Below, one piece after another: positions 9,361 to 19,910 of a stretch of DNA of 64,000 bases (position 1 is the stretch's first letter; each line of letters begins with the position of its first letter). Made by a program: the position numbers and the translations under genes. Source of the DNA: a virus. Lineage: Duplodnaviria; Caudoviricetes. The notes below the pieces were generated by a model. It was not told the origin of the DNA. It saw nothing but the letters and a program-made list of their open reading frames with translations, and did not search any database. The DNA is taken from IMG/VR virus record IMGVR_UViG_3300006155_000002; one strand, given 5' to 3'.

Positions 9361-10554
9361 ATGGACGAGCTTTCAAAGAAGCCAAACGAAACAGATTTGG
9401 CGTATCATAAGCGTCTAATCTATGGAAAGTTGGTTGACGGGACGCTTGCCGATGAAGACTACTCAGAACTGGCTCCATATGTCTACGGGAAAGAGTATAG
9501 TACAGATGTTGCACGCAGGATGATGTACGGCAGCAAGAGGACACTTGAACTGTTGGGTGAAGGTGTTGAGCAATCTATCACGGCCAGCGATATTTTAAGC
9601 GAGTTGGACGAGAAGAAGATCGCTTTTCAGAAGGAAAAGCAAAAACTGTTCGATCAGCGGTCTGCGCTCAACAAACTGATTCGTGAACGCGCACGTCAGG
9701 AAGAACTCAACGAAATTTTGGTTGGTGCGGTTGCGAACGGTAATCTGCCTCAGCTTGACTACACGCCATCTGGTGTATCTGCGTCTGACAATGATATCTT
9801 GGTGAGCCTGAACGATATTCACTATGGTGCGAATGTTGATAACTACTGGAATAAGTACAACTCAGATATTTGCAGCGATATGATGCGCAGGTATCTGGAT
9901 CGTATTATCGAGATCGGGCATTTACATAGCAGCGAGAACTGCATCGTGTGGGAGAATGGAGATGCAATCTCCGGCAATATTCACCACTCTATTGCAGTCA
10001 CCAACAAAGAAAACGTCATTGAGCAAGTGATAGGTGTATCTGAACTGATTGCTGAGTTCTTGGCAGAATTGAGTAAGCATTTCCTAACCGTTCAGTTTGT
10101 CAGTGTGTCTGGAAACCATTCAAGGCTTGATGTCAAAGACCGCGCCCTGAAGGATGAACGTCTTGATGATTTGGTTGAATGGTATCTGACGGCCCGACTC
10201 CAGAACTTCGAGAATGTCATTATTGGAGTTGGCGAAAAGGTTGACTCGACAATGTACCTGATTGACGTTCGAGGGAAGACATACTGTGGTATTCACGGAG
10301 ATTATGATGGAAGCGCTGCAAAAGTGCAGACGCTTCAGACAATGGCCCGCAGACCAATTTATGCTGTTCTGTCTGGGCATTTACACCACTGTCGAATGGA
10401 TGAGGTGCAGGGAATCAAAACGGTTATGGCCGGTAGCTTCCTTGGAATGGATGATTTTTGTGTCAGTAAACGAATCTATGGCAGACCGGAGCAGATGGTT
10501 TGTATCTGTGACGGGTCTGGTATTAGATGTTCGTACAACATTGATCTTAGCTAA
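9361..10554 (+). CDS. Calcineurin-like metallophosphoesterase with N-terminal coiled coil
   Basis: DIHYG, NGD, GNH, HGD, GHLH motifs. Confidence 0.85.
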   Translation: MDELSKKPNETDLAYHKRLIYGKLVDGTLADEDYSELAPYVYGKEYSTDVARRMMYGSKRTLELLGEGVEQSITASDILSELDEKKIAFQKEKQKLFDQRSALNKLIRERARQEELNEILVGAVANGNLPQLDYTPSGVSASDNDILVSLNDIHYGANVDNYWNKYNSDICSDMMRRYLDRIIEIGHLHSSENCIVWENGDAISGNIHHSIAVTNKENVIEQVIGVSELIAEFLAELSKHFLTVQFVSVSGNHSRLDVKDRALKDERLDDLVEWYLTARLQNFENVIIGVGEKVDSTMYLIDVRGKTYCGIHGDYDGSAAKVQTLQTMARRPIYAVLSGHLHHCRMDEVQGIKTVMAGSFLGMDDFCVSKRIYGRPEQMVCICDGSGIRCSYNIDLS

Positions 10555-10561
10555 AGCGACC

Positions 10562-10595
10562 GGGAGGGGTGAACAACCCCTCCCTTTCTTTTTTT
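10562..10595 (+). terminator. Intrinsic terminator
   Basis: GGGAGGGGT/ACCCCTCCC stem followed by a T-run. Confidence 0.8.
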
Positions 10596-10599
10596 ATAT

Positions 10600-10674
10600 T
10601 GCGGGATAGAGCAGCGGTAGCTCAACGGCCCCATAAGTCGTATGTCGCCAGTTCGAATCTGGCTCCCGCAACCA
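10600..10674 (+). tRNA. tRNA with CAU anticodon, initiator-derived but atypical
   Basis: Cloverleaf: TGCGGGA/TCCCGCA acceptor, GAGC/GCTC D stem, CAT at 10632-10634, TTCGAAT T loop, encoded CCA. Confidence 0.9.
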
Positions 10675-10723
10675 ACGAATACTTTCAAAAAATTGATATA
10701 TGTAAAGACGAAAGGGTGAACTT

Positions 10724-11011
10724 ATGGTAACGAAAGACGAGTTCATTGAGCGCCTGTCGCGTAAGGGTTATACCAAGCGTGATGCTGGCGTCATAATGGA
10801 CGATTTTATCAAGACGCTGGAAGAAGCTCTTGTTGATGGAGAATCTGTAATGTTCCATGGATTTGGTTCGTTTGAAATTCGTGAGCGTGCAGAGCGCAAG
10901 AGCAAAGGTCTTAACAGCGAGGATATCGTGATTCCCTCTTATAAAACCGCGCATTTTACTCCTGGTAAAAGGCTGAGACGTGAAATCAAAGAGGGATTGA
11001 TTAGGGAGTGA
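10724..11011 (+). CDS. hup: HU family DNA-binding protein
   Basis: TKDEFI...GESVMFHGFGSFEIRERAER...IPSYKTAHFTPGK. Confidence 0.93.
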   Translation: MVTKDEFIERLSRKGYTKRDAGVIMDDFIKTLEEALVDGESVMFHGFGSFEIRERAERKSKGLNSEDIVIPSYKTAHFTPGKRLRREIKEGLIRE

Positions 11012-11022
11012 GGTGACGCATT

Positions 11023-12075
11023 ATGCCGAAGCAGAGCAAGATTGTCAGCTCCCGACCAAGCAGTGCTGCTCCTGTGAAAGACAAACCAGAGAAATATTAT
11101 TGTACCCGCTGCACAAGGTCTTTCACAAAGCAAAAGAGCAATTTCCCAGGTGCGCAAAGTCCAATGTGGCGAGAAAACGGAGGCTATCTTCCTGTATGTC
11201 GGCATTGCGTGGATGAATTATATCACCACTACAAAGAAGTGCTTGGCGACGAAAAATCGGCGCTTAGACGTATTTGCCTGAAGTTTGATATTTACTGGAG
11301 TGACGATATTTATAAGATGCTCAATAAGACATCTACAACAAATTCTCGTGTTTTGTCTTATATCAGTAAATCAAACCTATATCAGTTTGTCGGCAAAACG
11401 TTTGACAATACTTTGGATGAAGAAGAGGCCGCTGACGCCGAGAAGACAGCATGGGTGCTTCACCAACAGGATGATGCGCCCGTTAATAATGCAGAAACCA
11501 TAGAGCAGATCGACCAGGATGTCATTGACTTTTGGGGAACTGGGCTTAGACCAGAGATGTATACGGAACTTGAACAGCGACGCAGATACTGGATGAGCCA
11601 TCTCCCTGCTGGTGTTGAACTCGGCATCGGCATTGAAGCATTGATTCGACAGATCTGCAACCTCGAAGTCGATATTAACCGTGACCGGGCTGCCGGAAAG
11701 TCTGTTGATAAAGCTATTGGCACACTAAACACACTTCTGGGTAGTGCCATGTTGAAACCAAGTCAGAATACAGATAAGGCAGATAGTTCTATGGAGAAGA
11801 CGCCATTTGGCGTATGGATCAAGAAGTGGGAGGATAAACGACCGATTCCAGAGCCTGACCCAGAGATGAAAGACGTTGATGGGATTGTACGGTATATCGA
11901 CGTTTGGTTGAGAGGTCATTTGGCCAAGATGCTTGGCAAAAAGAACGCTTATTCCTCGCTTTACGAAAAAGAAATTGCAGAACTACGGTTAAAGCGACCA
12001 GAGTTTGATGACGAAGATGACGAGACCTTCTTCTCTGACGTGTTTGGAGAGGAGGAGCAGGATGTCGAAAGTTGA
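11023..12075 (+). CDS. Zn-finger protein, probable terminase small subunit
   Basis: CTRC and CRHC pairs; overlaps the TerL start; assignment is positional. Confidence 0.5.
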   Translation: MPKQSKIVSSRPSSAAPVKDKPEKYYCTRCTRSFTKQKSNFPGAQSPMWRENGGYLPVCRHCVDELYHHYKEVLGDEKSALRRICLKFDIYWSDDIYKMLNKTSTTNSRVLSYISKSNLYQFVGKTFDNTLDEEEAADAEKTAWVLHQQDDAPVNNAETIEQIDQDVIDFWGTGLRPEMYTELEQRRRYWMSHLPAGVELGIGIEALIRQICNLEVDINRDRAAGKSVDKAIGTLNTLLGSAMLKPSQNTDKADSSMEKTPFGVWIKKWEDKRPIPEPDPEMKDVDGIVRYIDVWLRGHLAKMLGKKNAYSSLYEKEIAELRLKRPEFDDEDDETFFSDVFGEEEQDVES

Positions 12076-13792
12076 ACGAATCATGGAGGGCGTTGCTTCA
12101 TACTGCGCCTATTACCGGGCTAACCCACACAGGTTTGCTAAGGATTATCTGCATATTGATCTAAGATTATTTCAAAAAATCGTCATCAATATGATGATGC
12201 GGAGTACAAACGCTGTATTCATAGGCGCTCGTGGCATCGGTAAAACTTACTTGAGTGCAATTTTTTGTTGTATTAAGGCAATTCTGTGGCCTGGTTCAAA
12301 GATCGTCATTGCTTCTGGTACACGAAGTCAATCTATCAATGTGCTTGAGAAGATCATGACTGAGTTGAGGCCAAACTCTCCAGAGTTAGCGGCAGAAATT
12401 GAGGATTTTAAGATCAATAGTACGGATGCCAAAATTATGTTTAAGAATGGAAGCTATATTAAAGTGGTTACTGCTGCGGATTCTTCCAGAGGTAACCGAG
12501 CTACTGTTTTGATTTTGGACGAGTTCCGTTTGATCTCCAAAGACGTTATTGATACAATCCTGCGCAAGTTTCTGACACAGCGGCGTATGCCAAGGTATGA
12601 AGAACTGACCAAGGCAGAACGTCTCGCCGAATATGACAAAGACAAAAATATGACGGCATATCTTAGTTCTGCATACTATACCGACCATTGGAGCTACACA
12701 AAATGCCTGGATACGTTTGAGGAAATGCTCAATGACTCTAAATCGCAGTTTGTGTGCAGTCTGCCATACCAGCTCTCTGTCAAGGAGGGATTACTGGATG
12801 CAGATACGGTATTGGATGAGATGTCGGAGACAGACTTCTCAGAAGTTAAGTTTTCAATGGAATACGAAGCCTTGTTCTATGGTTCAGTGGAGGACGCCTT
12901 CTTCGATTTTGCGTCTGTGTCAAAAAATCGGCGTATCAAGTATCCGATGTTACCTGATAACAAATCGAACAAAGTCTCATCCAGTCAAAATGTTCGTATC
13001 GTACCAAAAAAGGACAGGGAAAAGAGAATCCTGTCAGTTGATATCGCACTTATGCGGAGCAAGAAGCGCAAGAATGACGCAACAGCAATATTTGTTAATC
13101 AGATGCTTCCAACAAAAGCTGGACGCTATGTGAGTAACATTATATACGCAGACAGTAATGAGGGAATGCATACAGCAGATCAAGCACTGCTTATTCGCAA
13201 GCTGTTCGACGAATATGATTGCGACTATCTTGTAATTGACGCAAATGGCGTTGGTGCTGGTGTTGCAGATCTGTTATTACGTGATATACCAGACCCGGTT
13301 ACTGGAGATATATACCCAGCTATATCGTGCTGCAATAATTCAGAGATGGCGGCACGGTGTACGTCAACAGACGCCAGAAAGGCAATATGGTCTATTCGGG
13401 CGTCTTCTCAGTTTAACTCAGACATTGCATATCTGCTCCGCGAAGGCTTTCGGAGCGGACGTATCCGCCTTTTAGAAACAGAGATTGATGGGGAGAGAAG
13501 CATGAGTGAATTGCGTGGGTATTCTTCTCTTAACCCTGTAGAACGTACACAACTATCCCTCCCATATATTCACACGACACTCTTGATTGATGAGCTGACA
13601 AAGCTGCAGCACGAAGAGAAAGATGGGCGTGTAAAGCTGTTTGAACGCTCTGGTATGCGAAAGGATAGATATTCCAGTTTAGCCTATAACTATTGGGTTG
13701 CCTGCCAGGTTGAGAATAAGATGCGTAAAAAGAGCGCGTCTTTGCCATCAACCGGGCAGACTTTTTTATTTAGACCGCCAAAAATCAAGTAA
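12062..13792 (+). CDS. terL: Terminase large subunit
   Basis: ARGIGKT Walker A, LILDE Walker B, nuclease acidic motifs SVDIA, VIDANG, KDRYSS. Confidence 0.9.
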   Translation: MSKVERIMEGVASYCAYYRANPHRFAKDYLHIDLRLFQKIVINMMMRSTNAVFIGARGIGKTYLSAIFCCIKAILWPGSKIVIASGTRSQSINVLEKIMTELRPNSPELAAEIEDFKINSTDAKIMFKNGSYIKVVTAADSSRGNRATVLILDEFRLISKDVIDTILRKFLTQRRMPRYEELTKAERLAEYDKDKNMTAYLSSAYYTDHWSYTKCLDTFEEMLNDSKSQFVCSLPYQLSVKEGLLDADTVLDEMSETDFSEVKFSMEYEALFYGSVEDAFFDFASVSKNRRIKYPMLPDNKSNKVSSSQNVRIVPKKDREKRILSVDIALMRSKKRKNDATAIFVNQMLPTKAGRYVSNIIYADSNEGMHTADQALLIRKLFDEYDCDYLVIDANGVGAGVADLLLRDIPDPVTGDIYPAISCCNNSEMAARCTSTDARKAIWSIRASSQFNSDIAYLLREGFRSGRIRLLETEIDGERSMSELRGYSSLNPVERTQLSLPYIHTTLLIDELTKLQHEEKDGRVKLFERSGMRKDRYSSLAYNYWVACQVENKMRKKSASLPSTGQTFLFRPPKIK

Positions 13793-13801
13793 AGGAGGTG
13801 A

Positions 13802-15355
13802 GTGAGTTTGGCAAGGAGAATTGTAGATGTTCAGGAGGAAGCAGAGAATCCACATAGTGAGCCATTGACGTTTGACGCAAATGGCCTTATCCGCATTCCT
13901 CAAAGATTTGCGGCACTGAACCGTCTGGTTATGCGAGATTTGAATGGGACTGGACAGAGTCCTATGTTTTACAAATATTCAAAGGATCAGATCTCAACAT
14001 ATCTGTCAAATCCATATTCGTATCAAAAGAATTTGCGAAATGCAGCTATTTATTTGTATGCCGCAAGTTCGCATTTCCGGCGGTTGATTCAATATTTCGT
14101 TGCATTATCTGACTTGGCATACGTCGTCTCTCCGTATAGAGTCGATACCAGCACAGCAAAGGCAGCTACGCTTGGCAAGCAATACAGACGCACGCTCAAT
14201 TTACTTTCTGCCATGGATATCAAGAATCAATTTCCTAAAATTCTAACGGTATGTTTGCGTGAGGATATATTTTATGGAACGATGTGGGTAACCAATGATA
14301 ATGTGACAATTCAGCAGCTTCCATCTGACTATTGTGATATTGCTGTTATTGAGGGAAATGTATTGAATGTGTCATTTGACTTTTCTTACTTTGACTCTAA
14401 TAGTGAATATCTTGAACTGTACCCATCCGAATTTTCCAAAAAATACAATTTGTATCAGAACGACAGAACCGGAATGAAGTGGCAAGAGCTTGACTCGCCC
14501 ACCTCATTTGCGGTGAAGTGTAACAATGACATCTTAAATTATGCTGTTCCTCCATTTGTTGGTATCTTCCGAGAAATCTACGATTTGGAGGATTATCGCG
14601 GTTTGAAGATGACAAAGACAGAACTTGAGAATTACGCTCTGCTGGTTATGCGGCTTGGGATCAATTCAGATGGCGAGTGGGAGATGGACTTTGACAAAGC
14701 AAAAGAGTTCTACTCTAACTTGGCTGGCGTTATGCCAGAGGAAGTTGGCGCTGTTCTTTCGCCCATGGATATCAATAAGATCAGCTTTGAAAAGTCAAAT
14801 ACTGGTGATACAGATACGATTGCAGAAGCAGAGCAAAATTTGTTTACTGCAGCCGGAGTATCAACATTGCTTTTTAACAACGACAAGGCGTCCAGCAATG
14901 CATTGCTGCTGTCTATCAAATCAGACCAGGCTTTGACATATGGCATTGTGAAGAGCATTGAAGGCGTTGTAAACCGCTTCATTCAAAGTTATTCCTACGG
15001 AAAGAATTTCAAGGTGACATTCCTCGATGTTAGTCCATATAACCGAAAAGAAATGGGTGACCAATATTTGAAGGCCGCTCAATACGGGTTCCCCACTCTA
15101 TCTTATTATTGTGCCTCACAAGGTCTATCACAAGCTGAAATGGATTGTATGGACTTCCTGGAAAATGACATTCTTGGCCTCAAAGAAAGATTCCAGCCGT
15201 TACAAAGTTCTTCGACAATGAGTACAGGGACATCAGATAATTCAGGAGATGGTTCTGATTCTTCTGGGAGGCCGAAAAAGGAAGCTGGCGAGTTGACAGA
15301 TTCCGGAGAGTCGTCTCAAGAGCACGATGATGGTGATGCTGCATTGAATGAGTAA
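13802..15355 (+). CDS. Portal protein
   Basis: 517 aa directly after TerL, acidic C-terminal tail with GRP motif. Confidence 0.75.
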   Translation: MSLARRIVDVQEEAENPHSEPLTFDANGLIRIPQRFAALNRLVMRDLNGTGQSPMFYKYSKDQISTYLSNPYSYQKNLRNAAIYLYAASSHFRRLIQYFVALSDLAYVVSPYRVDTSTAKAATLGKQYRRTLNLLSAMDIKNQFPKILTVCLREDIFYGTMWVTNDNVTIQQLPSDYCDIAVIEGNVLNVSFDFSYFDSNSEYLELYPSEFSKKYNLYQNDRTGMKWQELDSPTSFAVKCNNDILNYAVPPFVGIFREIYDLEDYRGLKMTKTELENYALLVMRLGINSDGEWEMDFDKAKEFYSNLAGVMPEEVGAVLSPMDINKISFEKSNTGDTDTIAEAEQNLFTAAGVSTLLFNNDKASSNALLLSIKSDQALTYGIVKSIEGVVNRFIQSYSYGKNFKVTFLDVSPYNRKEMGDQYLKAAQYGFPTLSYYCASQGLSQAEMDCMDFLENDILGLKERFQPLQSSSTMSTGTSDNSGDGSDSSGRPKKEAGELTDSGESSQEHDDGDAALNE

Positions 15356-15366
15356 AGGGGATTAGT

Positions 15367-15546
15367 ATGCACTTTATCTATGTAATGAGTGAACAAGATA
15401 AGGATAAGATGCTTGCACTTGGCTACGTTATGATGAAAGAAGACGCAAAGAACCGTATGTGGGTATTCTTAAATAAAGATACAAAAACATTTTCAGGTGA
15501 TAAGGCTGGCATCCAATTCATCCTGTCTAATACATTGACATTCTAA
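15367..15546 (+). CDS. Small hypothetical protein, 59 aa
   Basis: AGGGG RBS; MHFIYVMSEQDKDKMLALGY... fills the portal-protease gap. Confidence 0.65.
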   Translation: MHFIYVMSEQDKDKMLALGYVMMKEDAKNRMWVFLNKDTKTFSGDKAGIQFILSNTLTF

Positions 15547-15583
15547 ATATGCTCATATGAGTGCATTGTGAGGTGGAACTGTT

Positions 15584-17176
15584 ATGGATAATCAGATTCG
15601 TTTGCAGTTTGCCTCTTCTATCGAAAATATCTGCGATATCAATGAGTCGTTTGCGTCCGCCCGATTGAGAGCTTTCTATATGGGCGATAATCGCAATGGC
15701 TCATTTATCAGTAAGGCGAGTACGGAAGATGCGATCCCAACCATGTATAACTGCCCGATTGTGTGTAACTATGATGTGGAGTCAGACACGATTGGTGGAC
15801 ATGATATGGATATCGTCTCCACTGGTTCTGGCGAGGTTAAGCTGATCAATTTGACTTCAGCAATTGGTGTGATTCCGGCTGGCGCAAAATATAGTTTTGA
15901 GAAAATTGAAGAAGAAGACGGATCTGTTCATGAGTATTTTGTCGTTGATGCGATTCTGTGGAAACGGTCTCCTGCCTACGACAAAATTAAGCGTGATGGA
16001 ATCATATCTCAATCTATGGAGATTACTGTTACTGACGGATATATGCAGGGCGACCGTTATGTTATTGAGAAGTTCATCTTCACAGCATTTTGTCTTCTCG
16101 GAGACGGTGTGGAACCATGTTTTGAATCTGCGTCGCTACAGTTATTCGATAGAGGGCATTGCAGACAGCAATTTGCTCTGATGATGGAAGAGTTAAAACA
16201 AAACATCACAAAGGTCAATCCATCTATTCAGGATGACATACATACAAAAAATTTTGCAACGGAAGGAGGAGAAAAGGAGTTGGACGAGAAAATTAAACTT
16301 GCCGCCGAGTACGGGTTCAATATTGAAAGCCTTGGGTTCTCTGTAGACGATCTGTCTCTCGACGAATTGCGAGCAAAGTTTGATGAGATGAAGGCTGCTG
16401 ACAACGGAGATCAAATCGGTGGCACAGGAACGGACAATCATGATTTCTCTTTGGAAGGCACATTCCGTGACGAACTCCTCAATGCGCTGTACGAAGAGAA
16501 GGTTGAGACTCCATGGGGTATGGACTCCCACTATTGGTTCTGGGATTACGACAAGGAATTGTCTGAGGTGTACGCTACAGATTCATGCGATTGGAATCTG
16601 TATGGATTTACATTCTCAATGGACGGCGACCGCGTTGTCATTGACTTTGCCAGCAAAAAGCGGATGAAGATTTCTTTGGAGCCGTTTGATGAGGGTAGCG
16701 CTGGTTTTCCATATCAGGAGATGTTTAACGCAATTCTTGAGAAATCTGTTACTGCATCTATTGCAGCGAAAGAAACTGAACTTCAATCACAGTTTGACCT
16801 TGAGAAGGCGGAACTTGAAAAGAAGTATCAGGCGGCTTCTGGTACAATCGAACAAATGAATACGGAACTTAACGAACTGCGTCAGTATAAGCAGCAAAAG
16901 CTCAGTGATGAGCGTGAAGCTGCTGAGGGCGCAGTTTTTGCTATGTTCCCAGACCTGAGCGGTGTAGAGGCATTTGAAAAGCTTCGTGAGAACTGTTCTG
17001 AGATGTCTCTTGAGGACATCGAGGACAAATGCTTTGCTATTCGTGGAAGAAATGCTTCGACACAAACATTCTCTGCGCAAAAGCCAAAGCAAAATACGCC
17101 GCGTCTGCCTGTTGAAAAGGGCGTTGCCGACGAACCGTATGGTGGCCTCTTTGTCGAGTTCCCACCACAGCGATAA
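15584..17176 (+). CDS. Prohead protease/scaffold fusion
   Basis: GDNRNGS, GGH and SQSMEI protease-like N-terminus; coiled-coil C-terminus; head-module position. Confidence 0.65.
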   Translation: MDNQIRLQFASSIENICDINESFASARLRAFYMGDNRNGSFISKASTEDAIPTMYNCPIVCNYDVESDTIGGHDMDIVSTGSGEVKLINLTSAIGVIPAGAKYSFEKIEEEDGSVHEYFVVDAILWKRSPAYDKIKRDGIISQSMEITVTDGYMQGDRYVIEKFIFTAFCLLGDGVEPCFESASLQLFDRGHCRQQFALMMEELKQNITKVNPSIQDDIHTKNFATEGGEKELDEKIKLAAEYGFNIESLGFSVDDLSLDELRAKFDEMKAADNGDQIGGTGTDNHDFSLEGTFRDELLNALYEEKVETPWGMDSHYWFWDYDKELSEVYATDSCDWNLYGFTFSMDGDRVVIDFASKKRMKISLEPFDEGSAGFPYQEMFNAILEKSVTASIAAKETELQSQFDLEKAELEKKYQAASGTIEQMNTELNELRQYKQQKLSDEREAAEGAVFAMFPDLSGVEAFEKLRENCSEMSLEDIEDKCFAIRGRNASTQTFSAQKPKQNTPRLPVEKGVADEPYGGLFVEFPPQR

Positions 17177-17203
17177 CACTATAAAAATAAGGAGGAATTT
17201 ATT

Positions 17204-17701
17204 ATGGCATATACAGTTTTCCGTTCTGATCTGCTTCATGGCACGGATTCTGGGTCAGACCTGGTTTCTGTCCGCGTCTATGATACCAATGACGAACCGA
17301 TTGCCGTTGAGAACGGCACTATTGTCGAGCTGAAGGAGTACGAGGAAGGCGAGCGCGAAGTCTGGAAGGGCGTTCTGGCAACGGCCAGTAGCAAGCTGTC
17401 AGACTGCGTTGTCATCGGCTCTGAGGAAGTCTTCTATGATGAGCGCCAGAAGAATCTGGATGAGTTCATCAATGAGGCCGGCACGATTTGTCGCGGATAC
17501 ATCCTGCGCAGCCGCAATATGTTCAGCGTCACCAAGGAAGGTTTTGTTGGTGGCACAGTTCCCGCTAAGGGAGACACCGTCAGCATTGGTGCTGATGGCA
17601 AGATTAGCGCTTCTGGTACTGGCCTGGGCACTACACAGGCCGTTGAAGTGGCTGGTCGTTATACCTACTACGTGATCCGTATTGCTAATACGGAAGCCTA
17701 A
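17204..17701 (+). CDS. Head decoration / capsid-associated protein
   Basis: 165 aa between scaffold and capsid; strong RBS and codon bias. Confidence 0.55.
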   Translation: MAYTVFRSDLLHGTDSGSDLVSVRVYDTNDEPIAVENGTIVELKEYEEGEREVWKGVLATASSKLSDCVVIGSEEVFYDERQKNLDEFINEAGTICRGYILRSRNMFSVTKEGFVGGTVPAKGDTVSIGADGKISASGTGLGTTQAVEVAGRYTYYVIRIANTEA

Positions 17702-17720
17702 TAAAGGAGGGTGAAGAGAT

Positions 17721-18734
17721 ATGGCTGATATGAACGAAATCGTTCGACTTGCTGTTGACGCTTACCATGGCGTTACTACCAAGTATTCTATGAACGAATC
17801 CATGGACACGCTGCGTCAAGCGCTGGTTGCCGCCAATAACGGTTCCACCAAAATGGATTATAAGGCAATCCGTGACGGCAAGTGTGTTGGGCTGTTTACT
17901 CTGATCGAGGAAATCCTGGCTCGTACTGTTGTCGAGGGCTTCCAAGGCGATGAGTATTTCAACGCTCTGGTGGATTTCCGCAACGTTGCTCTTGGCGACA
18001 AAAATATCTTCGAGGTTGAGGATAGCAACCTGTTCGTAGTCGCCGATGTGGCCGAGGGTACTCAGGGCATCCGTCGGCAGCGCCTCGGCGGGGTCACACA
18101 GACCTCTATCCCCACGGTTCTGAAGGCCGTGAAGATCTACGAGGAAATGAATCGTGTCCTGTCCGGTCAGGTGGACTTTAACTACTTCATCAACAAGGTG
18201 GCAGAGTCCTTCCGTCGGAAGCTGCTGGATGATATCTACAGTCTGTGGAGCACAGCCACGGCTGCTGATCTGGGCGGTGTGACTTATTTCCCTGCCGCTG
18301 GTTCCTATGATGAGGATACCCTGCTGGAGCTGGTGAGTCACGTTGAGGCCACCGCCAACGGTCGTCCCGCGACCATTATCGGCACCAAGAAGGCTGTTCG
18401 TAATCTGGCTCCATCTGTGAACAGCAATGACGCTAACAATGAATTCTATCATATGGGCTACTACGGTAATTTCTATGGTACGAATGTTGTTGTGACGCCT
18501 CAGCGCCATAAGGTTGGTAGCACCGACTTTATCTTCCCGGACAACACTCTGACCATTATCGCTGGCGACGATAAGCCAATCAAGTGTGTGTATGAGGGTC
18601 AGTCCACTGTTATCATGGGCGACCTGCTCAAGAACGCAGATATGACCCAAGACTACTACTACGCTGAGCGTTATGGTATGGGCATTGTGCTGGCCGGCGG
18701 CAATGCTGGTATTGGTCGTTACGAAATTGCGTAA
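17721..18734 (+). CDS. Major capsid protein
   Basis: 337 aa, strong codon bias, AGGAGG RBS, downstream hairpin, position. Confidence 0.75.
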   Translation: MADMNEIVRLAVDAYHGVTTKYSMNESMDTLRQALVAANNGSTKMDYKAIRDGKCVGLFTLIEEILARTVVEGFQGDEYFNALVDFRNVALGDKNIFEVEDSNLFVVADVAEGTQGIRRQRLGGVTQTSIPTVLKAVKIYEEMNRVLSGQVDFNYFINKVAESFRRKLLDDIYSLWSTATAADLGGVTYFPAAGSYDEDTLLELVSHVEATANGRPATIIGTKKAVRNLAPSVNSNDANNEFYHMGYYGNFYGTNVVVTPQRHKVGSTDFIFPDNTLTIIAGDDKPIKCVYEGQSTVIMGDLLKNADMTQDYYYAERYGMGIVLAGGNAGIGRYEIA

Positions 18735-18743
18735 CAAACGCCG

Positions 18744-18780
18744 AAGTGGCAGTCTCGTGATTTGCGGGGCTGCCACTTAT
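18744..18780 (+). terminator. Stem-loop after the capsid gene
   Basis: AAGTGGCAG...CTGCCACTT; weak U-tract. Confidence 0.55.
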
Positions 18781-18804
18781 CATTGAATGAAAGGAATGTG
18801 AACT

Positions 18805-19398
18805 ATGCCTAACACTACTACTGGAAGCAAGGTTCGTAAGAATACTACTTCAGCTAAAACAGCAAACATGACAAAGGAAGCAGGGTCGGTGGCCGCAACA
18901 GTGGCCGCAGAAGCAGTTGCTTTCAACAACGAAAAGCCATCTTATAAAGTCAAAAAGGATCTGAATCCCAATATGATGGTAACGGTTAAAAATGGGTTTA
19001 ACGGAACGCTGGTTTATAAGAGCAAGCGAACTGGAGAAGTCTTTGTTTGGGATTCCTTTGGCAGCGAACAGGAGATGGAGCTTCAGGACTTGAAGTCCGC
19101 GAAGAATACTTATAAGGCGTTCTTCATCAACAACTGGTTCCTGTTTGACGATCCGGAAATCATTGAATGGCTGGGGATGACTCAATATTACAAGCACGCG
19201 TTGAACACCGAGTCTTTCAACGAGCTGTTCAACAGTACGCCAGAAGAAATCAAAAAGACGGTAGCCAAGCTGTCTGCTGGGCAGAAAAAGTCCGCTGCCT
19301 TCCGTGCAAAGCAACTTATTCAGGAAGGCAAGATTGATTCTATTAAGATCATTAACGCATTGGAGGAAAGCCTCTCTGTCGATCTGATTGAGCGATAA
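18805..19398 (+). CDS. Hypothetical virion morphogenesis protein
   Basis: ORF with RBS directly after the capsid gene. Confidence 0.65.
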   Translation: MPNTTTGSKVRKNTTSAKTANMTKEAGSVAATVAAEAVAFNNEKPSYKVKKDLNPNMMVTVKNGFNGTLVYKSKRTGEVFVWDSFGSEQEMELQDLKSAKNTYKAFFINNWFLFDDPEIIEWLGMTQYYKHALNTESFNELFNSTPEEIKKTVAKLSAGQKKSAAFRAKQLIQEGKIDSIKIINALEESLSVDLIER

Positions 19399-19412
19399 TC
19401 AGGAGGTGCCTT

Positions 19413-19910
19413 ATGAACATACCATACGATGTTTTTGCTGGAGCATTTCTTGGCAAGGTTACTGAGTATGATTTTTTGCGGCTTGAAGACTTCGATAGAA
19501 ATGAAACTGTTGATGGTTACATGAAGCGTGCCATTGCGGCATTCAAACACGTCTGTAAATATGACTTCACCAACACAGGTGATGATAATGTGCGTGAATT
19601 CATTATTAAGCCGGATCGCGATGATCCAGATGGAGAGCTTCAGCTTCGGCTTGATGCAGAACTGGAAGAGGATTTGGATGAAATTGTGGACATTGTATCA
19701 GAGGGTATGCTGGTACAGTGGATGAAACCATATTTCTACCGTGCGGACAACCTTGAAAATGTATTAAACACAGCAGATTTCTCTGCATATTCTCCGGCGG
19801 AATTGCTCTATCGGATTACAAACGCCTACCATGAAGCAAAGAGGGACTTCAAAAACATGATAAAGGAATACTCATATGACCACGGTGATTTGAGCGGGCT
19901 TGCGCTATGA
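19413..19910 (+). CDS. Putative head-tail adaptor
   Basis: Position, size and helical character. Confidence 0.45.
   Translation: MNIPYDVFAGAFLGKVTEYDFLRLEDFDRNETVDGYMKRAIAAFKHVCKYDFTNTGDDNVREFIIKPDRDDPDGELQLRLDAELEEDLDEIVDIVSEGMLVQWMKPYFYRADNLENVLNTADFSAYSPAELLYRITNAYHEAKRDFKNMIKEYSYDHGDLSGLAL

Noticed and set aside
17685..18776. 363-aa minus-strand ORF
   Set aside because: Antisense shadow of the codon-biased capsid gene; no RBS or motifs.
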